Counted from the stretch's first letter, positions 26,174 through 35,870 are shown. The stretch is 46,857 bases of DNA from Kiritimatiellia bacterium (GCA_044344495.1 JBIJCW010000001.1:1-46857); one strand, 5' to 3'. The notes: generated from the sequence alone by a model not told the origin. Made by a program: numbers and translations.

Positions 26174-26930
26174 AAAGCCCATTGATGAAAAACAGGCGAC
26201 CGTCCCCGAGGATCCATTTCTGGAGGAACAACCGCCCGTTGAACTGGAAATCGAGGCGGCAAAATCCGCTGGCGCCTCGGAACGCAAGTTCCTGATCATG
26301 GCGCTCGTGGTGGCCGCCTGTGTCGCCATCGTCCACTTCTTCGACCTCAAGCATTACGTGACCAATGTACAGGACTGGAAGGGCCAACTCGACCGCCTGG
26401 GTTATTTCGCATCGGCCGCATTCGGCTTGGCTTGCACAATCCTCATTGCCATGGGGGTCCCCCGCCTCCCGTTCTGCATGGTGGCTGGCATGCTCTTCGG
26501 GTTCTGGGAGGGATTCTTCATCGGACAGGCGTCCGCCCTTCTGGGTTCGTACGCCACTTTCGTCTTTGCGCGCTGGGGCGGACGCGAATGGGTGGTCCGC
26601 CGTATCGAAAACCGACGGCATCTGCGCGAACTCCTGCGCCACCCCTCCATCTTCACCGTCTTCCTCACCCGCCAACTCCCGATCGCCGGGGTCGTCCCCA
26701 ACCTGATTCTGGGCGTCACCCCTGTCCGTCATCGCGTCTTTCTGTGGGGCTCGTTCCTGGGGTATCTGCCGAGTTCCGCCATGGTGGCCCTGATCGGCAG
26801 TAGTCTCGGCAAACAGTCGCTGGGCCAGGCCATGTGGCACGTAACCCTCGCCATGCTCAGCCTCGGCGCCTTCTCATCCATCGTCTGGTATTTGCGCAAG
26901 AAACTGACCGACGCCAGGAATCGCAAATAA
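26166..26930 (+). CDS. TVP38/TMEM64 (DedA-related) family membrane protein
   Basis: The family pattern is F...GF..G..I...SALLGSY..F.FARWGGREWV........LTRQLPI...V.N...GVTP.....F. The gene overlaps the preceding gene by 8 nt. Confidence 0.75.
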   Translation: MTEKPIDEKQATVPEDPFLEEQPPVELEIEAAKSAGASERKFLIMALVVAACVAIVHFFDLKHYVTNVQDWKGQLDRLGYFASAAFGLACTILIAMGVPRLPFCMVAGMLFGFWEGFFIGQASALLGSYATFVFARWGGREWVVRRIENRRHLRELLRHPSIFTVFLTRQLPIAGVVPNLILGVTPVRHRVFLWGSFLGYLPSSAMVALIGSSLGKQSLGQAMWHVTLAMLSLGAFSSIVWYLRKKLTDARNRK

Positions 26931-26937
26931 GATTCCG

Positions 26938-26959
26938 CCGGTTGGCGCCCGCCAACCGG
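26938..26959. terminator. GC-rich hairpin in a convergent intergenic gap (possible bidirectional terminator)
   Basis: CCGGTTGGCG-CC-CGCCAACCGG is a 10-nt inverted repeat. No U-tract lies on either side, so a terminator role is uncertain. Confidence 0.35.
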
Positions 26960-26994
26960 ACTTGGAAGTATGGCGGCTTGACGCGCCAGTGCCC

Positions 26995-28110
26995 CTACTT
27001 CAGCCGCGACGTCAGGACCCCGCCCACCACCAGGAACACAAGGTTCGGCAGCCAGCCCGCCAACCATGGCCAGAGGATCTCGCGCTTCCCGAGAATCATC
27101 CCCGCATTGACGATAAAATAGAACCCGAACAGCGCCACCAGCCCGAAGGCCACGCTCCGCAACGCTGGACGCCGCACCCCGCCCGCCGTGGCCGGCAGAC
27201 TCAGCAGGATCAGCACCATGCACGACCACGGCATCGCTATCCGCGAATAAATATCCACCTCGCGACGCGCCCGCGCCGGCCCGCTCAGGTTCGGCCGCGC
27301 CCGCAAAAACCGGATCATGTCCCACGACGACAGAAAGTCGGTCTTCTGGATCTCATTGAGCAGGTCGTCCGGCGTCTCCGTCAAGGACGGCATCTCCACC
27401 GGGGTCTCGGAGGGTGGCGACATCGGTCCCGCTGGCTCGCCAACCTCGTTATACGGCCGACTCTGCATCTCGTAGAACCACCAGGCCCCGTCCAGCCATT
27501 CCGCCCGTTTGGCCGTGATTTCCGTCATCAGGACCCCATTCTCGCGCTCCTGCATCACCTTCACCCCTTTGAACCGCTCCGGATCCCGCTGATCAAACCG
27601 ATCCACCAGCCACTGCCGATGCGCCCCCCCGGCATGGTAAAGGTAGTTGTAGACGACACTGCTTGACGCATCCCCACCCTTCAGCACCCGGCTCCCGTAA
27701 TCCGCCACCCAGCGCGTGGCCAGCGGCCCAAGCGTTTCCTGCGACACCGCCCCCAACAGACTCGCACAGAACCCCACCGTCATCAGCGGGGTCATCAGGC
27801 GCCGCACACTCACGCCACTCGCGCACATCGCCGTCAGTTCGTTATGCCGCGCAAACATCGTCAGCGTGTAAAGCGCCGCCAACAGCAGGGCAATGGGCAG
27901 GATCACCACAATGAAGGGCACAAACCCGTTCACCGCAAACAGGTAATAACCGTAGTAGATAAAGATGTCCCCGATGGGAACCTTGGCTTCCACAAAACTG
28001 GGAAACCGGTCGAACAGGTCAAGAACCACATAAAGCATGCAGAAGGAGCCCAGGATATACCCCAGTGGCGACAGGTACTCTTTCAACATGTAGCGGTCGA
28101 TGATCTTCAT
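26995..28110 (-). CDS. LptF/LptG-family LPS export permease
   Basis: The N-terminus MKIIDRYMLKEYL.P is characteristic of YjgP/YjgQ. The topology is 3 TM helices, a periplasmic domain, then 3 TM helices. Confidence 0.85.
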   Translation of the reverse strand: MKIIDRYMLKEYLSPLGYILGSFCMLYVVLDLFDRFPSFVEAKVPIGDIFIYYGYYLFAVNGFVPFIVVILPIALLLAALYTLTMFARHNELTAMCASGVSVRRLMTPLMTVGFCASLLGAVSQETLGPLATRWVADYGSRVLKGGDASSSVVYNYLYHAGGAHRQWLVDRFDQRDPERFKGVKVMQERENGVLMTEITAKRAEWLDGAWWFYEMQSRPYNEVGEPAGPMSPPSETPVEMPSLTETPDDLLNEIQKTDFLSSWDMIRFLRARPNLSGPARARREVDIYSRIAMPWSCMVLILLSLPATAGGVRRPALRSVAFGLVALFGFYFIVNAGMILGKREILWPWLAGWLPNLVFLVVGGVLTSRLK

Positions 28111-28171
28111 ATGCCGTCACGACTCCAGTAAAACCCAACCTTATAACCAACGACGTTCCAGATCAACCCTA

Positions 28172-28191
28172 TGTTCATTTGTGTTCATTTG
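28172..28191. repeat. Perfect tandem 10-bp direct repeat (TGTTCATTTG x2)
   Basis: Read directly. It lies in the divergent region between lptF/G and ptsP. The palindrome GAATC-TT-GATTC follows at 28201-28212. Confidence 0.9.
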
Positions 28192-28390
28192 CCACTTGTC
28201 GAATCTTGATTCTCGCCACCGCACAGCCTCACAACCATTGCCAAACGGGTAATGCCGTTGAGGGGCTGGCGGCACAAGCAAGACCGGGGCTCCATAACCC
28301 GGTGATGCGCCCTTTATCACCTCCTTCGCGCAACTCCGTCATTGACAACCAGCCCCGCTTCGCGAAACTGTGGGACGACAAGGGACGTTT

Positions 28391-30667
28391 ATGCACAAGG
28401 ACACCGTCGAACTCGTTTGCAATGTGGGAGAACTGGTTTCGCTCTTCGAGAGCAAGTCCGGTGTCGAGGGCTTTCTTCAGAAAGTCGTCAACCTCGTCGC
28501 CTACCACATGAAGGCCGCCGTCTGCTCGGTATTCATGTTTGACGAAGATACCCAGGAACTCGTCCTCACCGCCAATCAGGGACTGAACCCCGACTTCATC
28601 GGCCACTTCCGCCTTAAACTCGGCGACGGCCTCGTGGGGCACACCCTCAAAACCCTCCGTCCTGTCCGTGAAGCCCGCGCCTACCAGAACCCCCAGTTCA
28701 AGCCAATCCATGGCATCGGCGAGGAAAACTACCAGGCCTTCCTGGCCGTGCCCATCACCCTCGGAAACCGCCGGGTCGGTGTCCTCGCCGTCCAGGACCC
28801 CCAACCGGACTACTTCGACGATAACGACGTCAAGGCGCTCCGCGCCATCGCCGCCCAACTCGCCGGCACCATCGAGGGCGCCCGCCTGCTCATGGGCATC
28901 GAGAAGCCCGGCGACGCTCGCCCCCGGAAAACGGCGGAACCCGACCGCCCGGACCTCGGTTGCCGCCGATTCATCCGCGGCATCTCCGCCTCCGAAGGCA
29001 TCGCCATGGGCCGGGCTCTGGATATCACCGCTGCCGCCCAGGACTGGCTCGCGACCGCCGTCACCCCTAACTCCCTCACCGAGGACGATTTCCTCAGGGC
29101 CCTGAAAAAAACCGAGGAACAACTGGCCGATATCCAGCGCCAGATCGGCGAACATATGTCCGATGTGGCTACCCTGATCTTCGACGCCCATGTCCTGATC
29201 CTGAAGGATGACGGCTTCTCCGGCGATATGCTGGGCCGGATCCAGCAGGGACAGTCCCCCGACCAGGCCGTCCGCGAGGTGGTCCGGAAATATGTCGAAC
29301 TCTTCTCCAAAAGCTCGCACCCCGCCATGCGGGAAAAAGTGCACGATGTCCAGGACCTCGGCCTTCGCCTGCTTTCCAACCTCCTGGCGACGCCGGACGA
29401 TACCGTCGACTATACCGGCCGCGTGGTCCTGGCGAGCGAAATGCGCCCCTCCGACCTGTTGCGACTCTCCGCACAGAAAGCCGAGGGCCTGATCCTCGTC
29501 GGCGGCGGAGCCACCGCGCACATCTCCGTACTGGCGCGGTCCCTGCATATCCCCCTCGTCGTGGTCTACGAACCCATCGTCCTGCGCCCGCATGATCAGG
29601 GCGATACCATCCTCATCCTGGACGCCGAACAGGGAAGCATCCTGGTGGATCCGGCCCCCGATGTCATTGAACGTTACCGGACCCTGATCGATGTCGACCG
29701 CCGCAACCTGAGCACCGCCGTCAATGTGCTCCCGCAAACGCTGACGCACGACGGTGTCCACGTCCAGTTGATGGCTAACATCAACCTGCTCAGCGAAGTG
29801 GCCGTGGCCCAGCGCTTCAAGGCGGAGGGCATCGGCCTCTATCGCAGCGAGTTCCCCTTCATCGTCCGGAATTACGTCCCCTCGGAGGAGGAACAGTTCC
29901 GGATCTATTCACGCCTTCTGGACTCCATGCCCGACACCGAGGTCATTCTCCGGACATTGGATGTGGGCGGCGACAAAATCCTCTCCTATTACCCCACCTC
30001 GGGCGAAGCCAACCCCTTCCTCGGCCTCCGGGCCATCCGGTTCTCCCTGCGTAACAAGGACATCTTCAGCCAGCAGTTGCGCGCCATGCTCCGGGCCGGC
30101 GCCAACCGGTCCCTGAGTATTATGTTCCCCCTGGTCTCCTCCCTGGATGATTTCCGACAGGCACGCCAGGTCGTCGAGTCCTGCGCCCAGGCCCTGCGCT
30201 CCGAAGGCGTGGAGCACAACCCCTGGCCCCATCTGGGCGTCATGATCGAAATCCCCTCGGCCGTCGAACTGGCTGCGGACCTGGCCCGCGAAGCGGACTT
30301 CATGTGTATCGGCACCAATGACCTGATCCAGTACACCCTCGCTGTGGACCGCACGAACGAGAAGATCGCCGACTACTACGTGCCGCACCATCCCGCCGTG
30401 CTCCGCGCCATCAATCGCGTGGCCATCGCCGCTATCGCCGCCGGAAAACCACTGTCGGTCTGCGGCGACATGGCGGGCGACGAAACCCTCGTCCCCTTCC
30501 TGATCGGCGTCGGCATCCGGAAGTTGAGCATGGAAGCGCGCCGGATCCCCAAGATCCAACAGATCATTTCGTCGTTAACCGCCGAAGCCTCGCACCGGCT
30601 CTCCGAGGATCTCCTCAAGTTCGGCAGCGTGAAGGATGTGGAAGTCCGCCTCGGCCTGCGCTCCTGA
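28391..30667 (+). CDS. ptsP: Phosphoenolpyruvate-protein phosphotransferase with N-terminal GAF domain (EI-Ntr)
   Basis: An N-terminal GAF domain (..VCSVFMFDEDTQELVLTANQGL.., LAVPI) is followed by EI motifs: GGGATAHISVLARSL.IP (phospho-His), GIGL.R.EF, RTLD.GGDK and the C-terminal GTNDL.QYTLAVDR...CGDMAG. The ATG is at 28391. Confidence 0.9.
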   Translation: MHKDTVELVCNVGELVSLFESKSGVEGFLQKVVNLVAYHMKAAVCSVFMFDEDTQELVLTANQGLNPDFIGHFRLKLGDGLVGHTLKTLRPVREARAYQNPQFKPIHGIGEENYQAFLAVPITLGNRRVGVLAVQDPQPDYFDDNDVKALRAIAAQLAGTIEGARLLMGIEKPGDARPRKTAEPDRPDLGCRRFIRGISASEGIAMGRALDITAAAQDWLATAVTPNSLTEDDFLRALKKTEEQLADIQRQIGEHMSDVATLIFDAHVLILKDDGFSGDMLGRIQQGQSPDQAVREVVRKYVELFSKSSHPAMREKVHDVQDLGLRLLSNLLATPDDTVDYTGRVVLASEMRPSDLLRLSAQKAEGLILVGGGATAHISVLARSLHIPLVVVYEPIVLRPHDQGDTILILDAEQGSILVDPAPDVIERYRTLIDVDRRNLSTAVNVLPQTLTHDGVHVQLMANINLLSEVAVAQRFKAEGIGLYRSEFPFIVRNYVPSEEEQFRIYSRLLDSMPDTEVILRTLDVGGDKILSYYPTSGEANPFLGLRAIRFSLRNKDIFSQQLRAMLRAGANRSLSIMFPLVSSLDDFRQARQVVESCAQALRSEGVEHNPWPHLGVMIEIPSAVELAADLAREADFMCIGTNDLIQYTLAVDRTNEKIADYYVPHHPAVLRAINRVAIAAIAAGKPLSVCGDMAGDETLVPFLIGVGIRKLSMEARRIPKIQQIISSLTAEASHRLSEDLLKFGSVKDVEVRLGLRS

Positions 30668-30721
30668 GCCCCCTTGGCGGATGGAACTCCCGCGACGCCA
30701 TGCGTACGATAAACACTCCTG

Positions 30722-31285
30722 TCAGCGCCGATACACCGGCAGCGATTCGACAGGCATCTCGGCCAGGGGTTTCAATAGCGCGTCCCGCGCCGAAACCAAC
30801 GGGTCCACCACCGGCCAGGGAATGTTCAGCGCCGGATCATTCCAGAAAATGCCGCGCTCCTCGGACGGCGTGTAAACATTACTGCACTTGTAGCAAAAAT
30901 CCGCCGTCTCACTCAACACACTGAACCCGTGGGCAAACCCGGCGGGAATGAACATCTGGTAGTGGTTGTGCTCCGACAGATAGGCCGTCACGATGCGCCC
31001 AAAGGTCGGCGACCCCCGTCGGACATCCACCGCCACATCAAAGATCTCACCCCTGATCACCCATACCAACTTGTCCTGCGGCTTGCCCAACTGATAGTGC
31101 AACCCGCGCACCGTCCCGCGCACCGACCGCGACCAATTGTCCTGCACAAAGTCCACCGTAATCCCAAGCGCCTCGTAACGCGAACGGCAATACGTCTCCT
31201 GGAAAAAACCGCGGGAGTCCCCGAACACATCGGGCGTCAACACCTTGACCTCCGGCACCGCCTGGGGATGACAACACAAGGCCAT
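30722..31285 (-). CDS. rfbC: dTDP-4-dehydrorhamnose 3,5-epimerase
   Basis: The motifs are F.D.RGFF.E, RGLHYQ, KLV.V..G.IFDVAVD.R..SPTFG and IP.GFAHGF. The ATG at 31285 lies 7 nt after GGAGG. Confidence 0.9.
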   Translation of the reverse strand: MALCCHPQAVPEVKVLTPDVFGDSRGFFQETYCRSRYEALGITVDFVQDNWSRSVRGTVRGLHYQLGKPQDKLVWVIRGEIFDVAVDVRRGSPTFGRIVTAYLSEHNHYQMFIPAGFAHGFSVLSETADFCYKCSNVYTPSEERGIFWNDPALNIPWPVVDPLVSARDALLKPLAEMPVESLPVYRR

Positions 31286-31287
31286 GA

Positions 31288-32157
31288 TCACCCCTCCTCC
31301 GCGCGCCGTAACAAATACTGCCCGTAATCGTTCTTGGCCATCGCCATCCCCAATGCCTTGAGTTGGTCGCGTGAAATGAATCCCTCTTCGAAGGCGATTT
31401 CCTCAACGCAGGCGATCCGGAATCCCTGGCGTGCCTGGATCGTCTGGACAAAACTGGACGCCTGGAACATGGCGTCATGGGTCCCGGTATCCAGCCACGC
31501 AAACCCCCGTCCCAGGCAGTGCACCCGCAATTCACCCCGTTTCAGGTAGGCCAGGTTCACATCGGTGATTTCCAGTTCCCCGCGCGGCGATGGCTTGAGC
31601 GCCGCCGCCACCTCCACCACCCGGTTGTCATAGAAATACAACCCCGGCACCGCATATTTGGATTTCGGCCGCTCCGGCTTCTCCTCGAGCGACAACGCCC
31701 GCCCCTGCTCGTCGAATTCAATCACCCCGTAGCGCTCGGGATCGGTGACCGGATAGGCGAAGATCAACGCCCCCTGCTTCAATGCACTGGCCTCCCGGAG
31801 CACCGCCGTGAAACGCATCCCGTGGAAAATATTGTCCCCCAGCACCAGCGCCACGGAATCCTTGCCAATGAAATCACGTCCTATGATGAACGCCTGGGCC
31901 AACCCCTCCGGGCGCGGCTGCTCGGCATACTGCAACCTCAACCCCAGTTGCGACCCATCGCCGAACAGTTCCCGGAACATCGGCAGATCATGCGGAGTAC
32001 TGATGATCAGGATTTCCCTGATCCCCGCCAGCATGAGGACCGACAACGGGTAATACACCATCGGCTTGTCATAGACCGGCAATAACTGTTTGCTGACCGT
32101 GCGCGTCAATGGATACAAACGCGTCCCCGAACCCCCTGCCAGAATAATACCCTTCAT
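31288..32157 (-). CDS. rfbA: Glucose-1-phosphate thymidylyltransferase
   Basis: The sequence reads [17 protein letters not shown]...[26 protein letters not shown], then LGDNIF.G and YGV.EFD. The ATG at 32157 is preceded by AGGAGG. Confidence 0.92.
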   Translation of the reverse strand: MKGIILAGGSGTRLYPLTRTVSKQLLPVYDKPMVYYPLSVLMLAGIREILIISTPHDLPMFRELFGDGSQLGLRLQYAEQPRPEGLAQAFIIGRDFIGKDSVALVLGDNIFHGMRFTAVLREASALKQGALIFAYPVTDPERYGVIEFDEQGRALSLEEKPERPKSKYAVPGLYFYDNRVVEVAAALKPSPRGELEITDVNLAYLKRGELRVHCLGRGFAWLDTGTHDAMFQASSFVQTIQARQGFRIACVEEIAFEEGFISRDQLKALGMAMAKNDYGQYLLRRAEEG

Positions 32158-32474
32158 TTCAGCCCTCCTGAGTAACAAGGGGATATTGTCCGAAAAGCCG
32201 CCCTCGTGTCGAGCGACTAGTTTGCCGCCAAAACTGCGGGAGATATCCCCAAAAGACAACGAACGACGATAAAGACCACAAACCACCTGACAAGGGGGAT
32301 GGCCTACCCTAAATGAATGTGCGAAACGTTCTGGACACTACCTCCAAAAACTAATCGCGGAACGAAATACCAGTGGTTTTTTCGACAAGGGAAATATCTG
32401 CAAAACGCCTGCCTGTTGACCATCCGCGATTTGGAGGCGGCGAAAGCGCCAGCGCAATGAGTTCACGCTTAAAT

Positions 32475-33848
32475 TCAGCGACGTTCACGTCCTCGCGAAA
32501 ACAGGGTGATTTTCGACGGAATCAAATGTTGAGCCGTGACCCTATCGCGGCCTTCTTCCCCTGCTGCCGCAATGGCAGCAAATGATATCAGGAGAAATGA
32601 GGGGAAGTACTCGTAGTGCCACGGAATGGGGGCTGTCAGCGCCACAGCCATTCCTGCAAATCCAAGAAAGAGCAAGATGTCTGTTTCGGTCTGCAATCGT
32701 CTCCATGCAAGAACAAGGGGGCCGGCGATTGCCAAAATGGTCGAGGCTTGTAGCAACCATTCGAGATGCGTTTCCCTGAGCATGAAAGTTAAGCCTATTG
32801 TTTTGGCGCTAAAACTGCCGTATCCCCTTGTGAAGTCCCATTTGCCCAGCCATGAATAATGCCGTACCGGGGCCACAATAAAATCATAGGGATCAAGCAT
32901 CAGGAATGGCCCGCAGATCAACAGATAAGTGCAAATGGTAACAATCGTAAATGTTGCGGCAGTTCGCATACTGCACGTTGTCCTCAGCCAATAGATGGCC
33001 ATGAGCGGAGCATACACCACGGCTGTCTGCCTACTGGCGAGAACGATCCCGAGGAAAACGGCTGACAAAAAAGGTCGCTTTAGCAGTATTGAACCAGCCA
33101 GCAGGGACACCCAGAACCATTGTGGCGGTGTATGCGCAATGCCGGCGAAAGAAATGTGTTCACTCGAGAACAGGAATAAACTCAGTCCCGCCATGGCCGC
33201 CAACAGCATCGCCTGATTTTTCGAGGACGGTGTTTTCAATGATCGAATGATAAATACTCCAAAGATCGATGCAATGCCAACGACACAACTGATGTGAATC
33301 CATCGCAAGTCAATCCCCAAACCATAGGGAATCATGTAGGGCATCCATAATCCCGGCCAGAAGGTCAGGGGTAATTTCCAGGGCATCAGATACATCTTGT
33401 CGTAAGGATTCGCGCAGGAAGCCAGCGTGCCGCAAGCGCTACTGATCAAGGGCAGCATATCGGCAATGTTGGCTTTGATCGGGGTCCTTGCAATATGTGC
33501 CCACCGGAGAAGGCACCCAACTGTTGTCATTACCAGGACGATGATACAGGATGTTATCACCCTCGCGGACCCGTTGACCCTGAATAGCGGAGAAAGCAGG
33601 ATCTTTGTCCATGTATCAATACGATTGAAAAACCTGTTTCGTGCAGGCTTCCAGACAACGAGCAAGAGCGAGACCATCAAGTAGATGATCGCCAGCGCAG
33701 CAAATCCGTGAGTTCTGACATGAAAGCATCCCGCGATGCGGAATCGAGCATCCATGAGTATATATAACAGGCCTAACAGAAGTAATATGCACACCCATCT
33801 ACCTGATGTCACATCACTCGGATCAGTGGTTTTTTTATCAAACTTCAT
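32475..33848 (-). CDS. Polytopic membrane protein, candidate GT-C-fold glycosyltransferase (DUF2029/GT87-like) or polymerase
   Basis: There are more than 10 hydrophobic spans. An early loop has Asp plus G..PY (ADMLPLISSACGTLASCANPYD), as in GT-C enzymes. G+C and third-position G/C are visibly lower than in the neighbours. It sits directly upstream of rfbA. The family assignment is tentative. Confidence 0.55.
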   Translation of the reverse strand: MKFDKKTTDPSDVTSGRWVCILLLLGLLYILMDARFRIAGCFHVRTHGFAALAIIYLMVSLLLVVWKPARNRFFNRIDTWTKILLSPLFRVNGSARVITSCIIVLVMTTVGCLLRWAHIARTPIKANIADMLPLISSACGTLASCANPYDKMYLMPWKLPLTFWPGLWMPYMIPYGLGIDLRWIHISCVVGIASIFGVFIIRSLKTPSSKNQAMLLAAMAGLSLFLFSSEHISFAGIAHTPPQWFWVSLLAGSILLKRPFLSAVFLGIVLASRQTAVVYAPLMAIYWLRTTCSMRTAATFTIVTICTYLLICGPFLMLDPYDFIVAPVRHYSWLGKWDFTRGYGSFSAKTIGLTFMLRETHLEWLLQASTILAIAGPLVLAWRRLQTETDILLFLGFAGMAVALTAPIPWHYEYFPSFLLISFAAIAAAGEEGRDRVTAQHLIPSKITLFSRGRERR

Positions 33849-34065
33849 GAATGACCGTCACCTCGCAGGGCGGTGCCTTTGATTTCCGCCTTGGCACCAC
33901 GGGGCAGAACCGTCAACAAAGCGTAAGAGGCCTGTCTCAACATCCTAACTTCTCCATTTTCACCAGCATTGATTGAATCGCCGTCACTTTCCTTGCCCGC
34001 TGTTCCGTCCGCTTCGCGCTGATGGACACTGCCGCATGGTCCATTACGCCCGTCGGCTGGTCACT

Positions 34066-35307
34066 TCACGCCCACCCGGAACCAGTTTCCTGATCCTCTC
34101 CCGAAACGCTGCCCGCCGCCAGCACCTTCACATCCACCGGATCCTCCGGCCTCAACCCGCCCACCTCGCATAACACCCGCCGGGCGCCCGCCCCGTCATA
34201 CCGTTCATGGAACGCCGCATCCCCCGGATCCGCCATCCCTCGCTCGTCCAACGCCCGGAACGCCAAAGCCGCCCGGAATGCCCGGGAAATCGCACCAAAC
34301 GGCAGATCATGCCTCGCTGCCAACAACATCGCCCCCACCAACCGGTCGTCCCGGTGTAACTTACGCTGCAGATCGCGACCCACCCGGAACACCGTGTCAC
34401 CCAGCGCCCGGTTCCGGAACCGCCCCAACAAATCGTCGATGTGAGCCTCCAGTTCCGCCATCGGCAGATCGCCACCATACTCAGCATGGAGCGCCACCGC
34501 CGCCTGCTCCATCGCCGCCCTCACCGCCGCCGCCACCCCTTCATCCTCCAGCACTTCCCAAAGCGCTGCCCGCTCCGGATGCGCCGCAAACCCGAAATAC
34601 GCCGCCGCCGCATGCCCCAGGTTGTGAATGAACAACTTCCGGTCCACATACGCCCGGATATTCGCCACCGCCTTGATCCCCTTCACCGCCGGCACCCCGT
34701 TCCGGAACCCCTTCGCATCCAGGATCAGCGTGTTGTACGCCTCCCCGAAGACCCACAGCGGATCCCGCGCGAGGTCCTCCTGCTTCATGATCGGCACCAT
34801 CTTGCCAATGCTGGACTCCACAAACCCCACCCGCTCCTCCAACGGATATCCCTCCGGCAACCGCCGCGCCAACTCCGCGCGCGCGAACTCCGCCACGTTG
34901 CGGATGTTCTCGGCAAAAATGATGTCCAGCGGCCGCGTATTCCCCGCCGCCTCCCGCGCCGTCAATCCCGCCGCCAGCACCGGTAGCACATGCGGCAACG
35001 CCCCTTTGCCAACCGACGTGCACACCAACGTGGCCTGCTCGAGCTCCCGCACCACCGCCGCCACCTCCCGCCCATTGACCGCACGCACCGGCGCCACCGT
35101 CAAAATCTCATCCTCCCGACCGGTCTGCTTGACCACCACCCGGTACTTCCCCTCCCGGTTCAACCCCTCCACCAGCGCCGCCGCCACATCCACAAACACC
35201 ACCTCATAGCCGCCCCGCGAAAACACCTGCCCAATGAATGACCGCCCGATGTTTCCCGCCCCGAATTGCACCAGTTTTGACTTCTCACCCGCCTGCATAC
35301 CACCCAT
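34066..35307 (-). CDS. mtlD: Mannitol-1-phosphate 5-dehydrogenase family protein
   Basis: The sequence follows E. coli MtlD throughout: FGAGNIGR.FIG, I.AENI.N, VGFV.S.I..MVP, VDRKLF..N.GHA..AY.G and RVGRD..RKL...DRL. The start is ATG 35307 or 35298. Confidence 0.8.
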   Translation of the reverse strand: MGGMQAGEKSKLVQFGAGNIGRSFIGQVFSRGGYEVVFVDVAAALVEGLNREGKYRVVVKQTGREDEILTVAPVRAVNGREVAAVVRELEQATLVCTSVGKGALPHVLPVLAAGLTAREAAGNTRPLDIIFAENIRNVAEFARAELARRLPEGYPLEERVGFVESSIGKMVPIMKQEDLARDPLWVFGEAYNTLILDAKGFRNGVPAVKGIKAVANIRAYVDRKLFIHNLGHAAAAYFGFAAHPERAALWEVLEDEGVAAAVRAAMEQAAVALHAEYGGDLPMAELEAHIDDLLGRFRNRALGDTVFRVGRDLQRKLHRDDRLVGAMLLAARHDLPFGAISRAFRAALAFRALDERGMADPGDAAFHERYDGAGARRVLCEVGGLRPEDPVDVKVLAAGSVSGEDQETGSGWA

Positions 35308-35396
35308 CCTTGTCCGCTTGGTTTCGTTAGCGCCAGCCAAAGTGCCTTGATTGAATAAAACTGTCAACCCGTGTGTGAACCTTCCAAGGGCACCGA

Positions 35397-35815
35397 GCGC
35401 ATGTCACTTCCGCAGGGGTTTTGTTGAATGGTCCAAAACGAGACGAGGATTGCAGATTTACCACGGAGACACAGAGGCACCGAGCCTACTTCGCCAAGGC
35501 TACGAAGGCCGGGAAAGAAAATACAAATGTGGCGTTTATTTCGTTCACGCTGGTACACGTGACCAAAATAAACGCCACGGTTTCTTGAAGGAATACGTTG
35601 AGGGGGATGAGTTGTCGATTCTTCCTCGTCTTTCTCATGGTATGGCTCTAAGAAACCGTCGCGGGATTTTTGGCTCGGGTACTCCCGAACGAAAATGCCG
35701 CGACATTTTCTTCTGGGTTCTTCTCTTCTCTGTGCCTCTGTGCCTCTGTGGTAAATCTTTCCCGATCTGCAGTGGGCTTGTGAATGTGCCCTACGGAACT
35801 GACATGCACCCGCCC
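35397..35815. repeat. Large imperfect palindromic element (~420 bp) with matching arms and a 13-bp central hairpin
   Basis: The outer arms are GCATGTCACTTCCGCAGGG (about 35399-35417) and the reverse complement of 35795-35813 (GCATGTCAGTTCCGTAGGG). The inner arms are GATTTACCACGGAGACACAGAGGCAC (35455-35480) and the reverse complement of 35729-35754 (GATTTACCACAGAGGCACAGAGGCAC, 24/26). The central hairpin is GTGGCGTTTATTT (35529-35541) paired with AAATAAACGCCAC (35566-35578). Confidence 0.7.
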
Positions 35816-35870
35816 CAAGGGCGCACGACAAAATTCTTCTATGAATTTGAACCCTACTACGGATAGGACG

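Noticed and set aside
28255-28290. A sigma54-like -24/-12 element (TGGCGGCACAAGCAAG) upstream of ptsP.
   Set aside because: The GG-N10-GC spacing and the TGGCAC/TTGC consensus are not met.
32200-32260. A possible ops/JUMPStart (RfaH) element upstream of rfbA on the minus strand (GGCGGCAAACTAG).
   Set aside because: Only the GGCGG core matches the GGCGGTAGnnTG consensus, which is insufficient.
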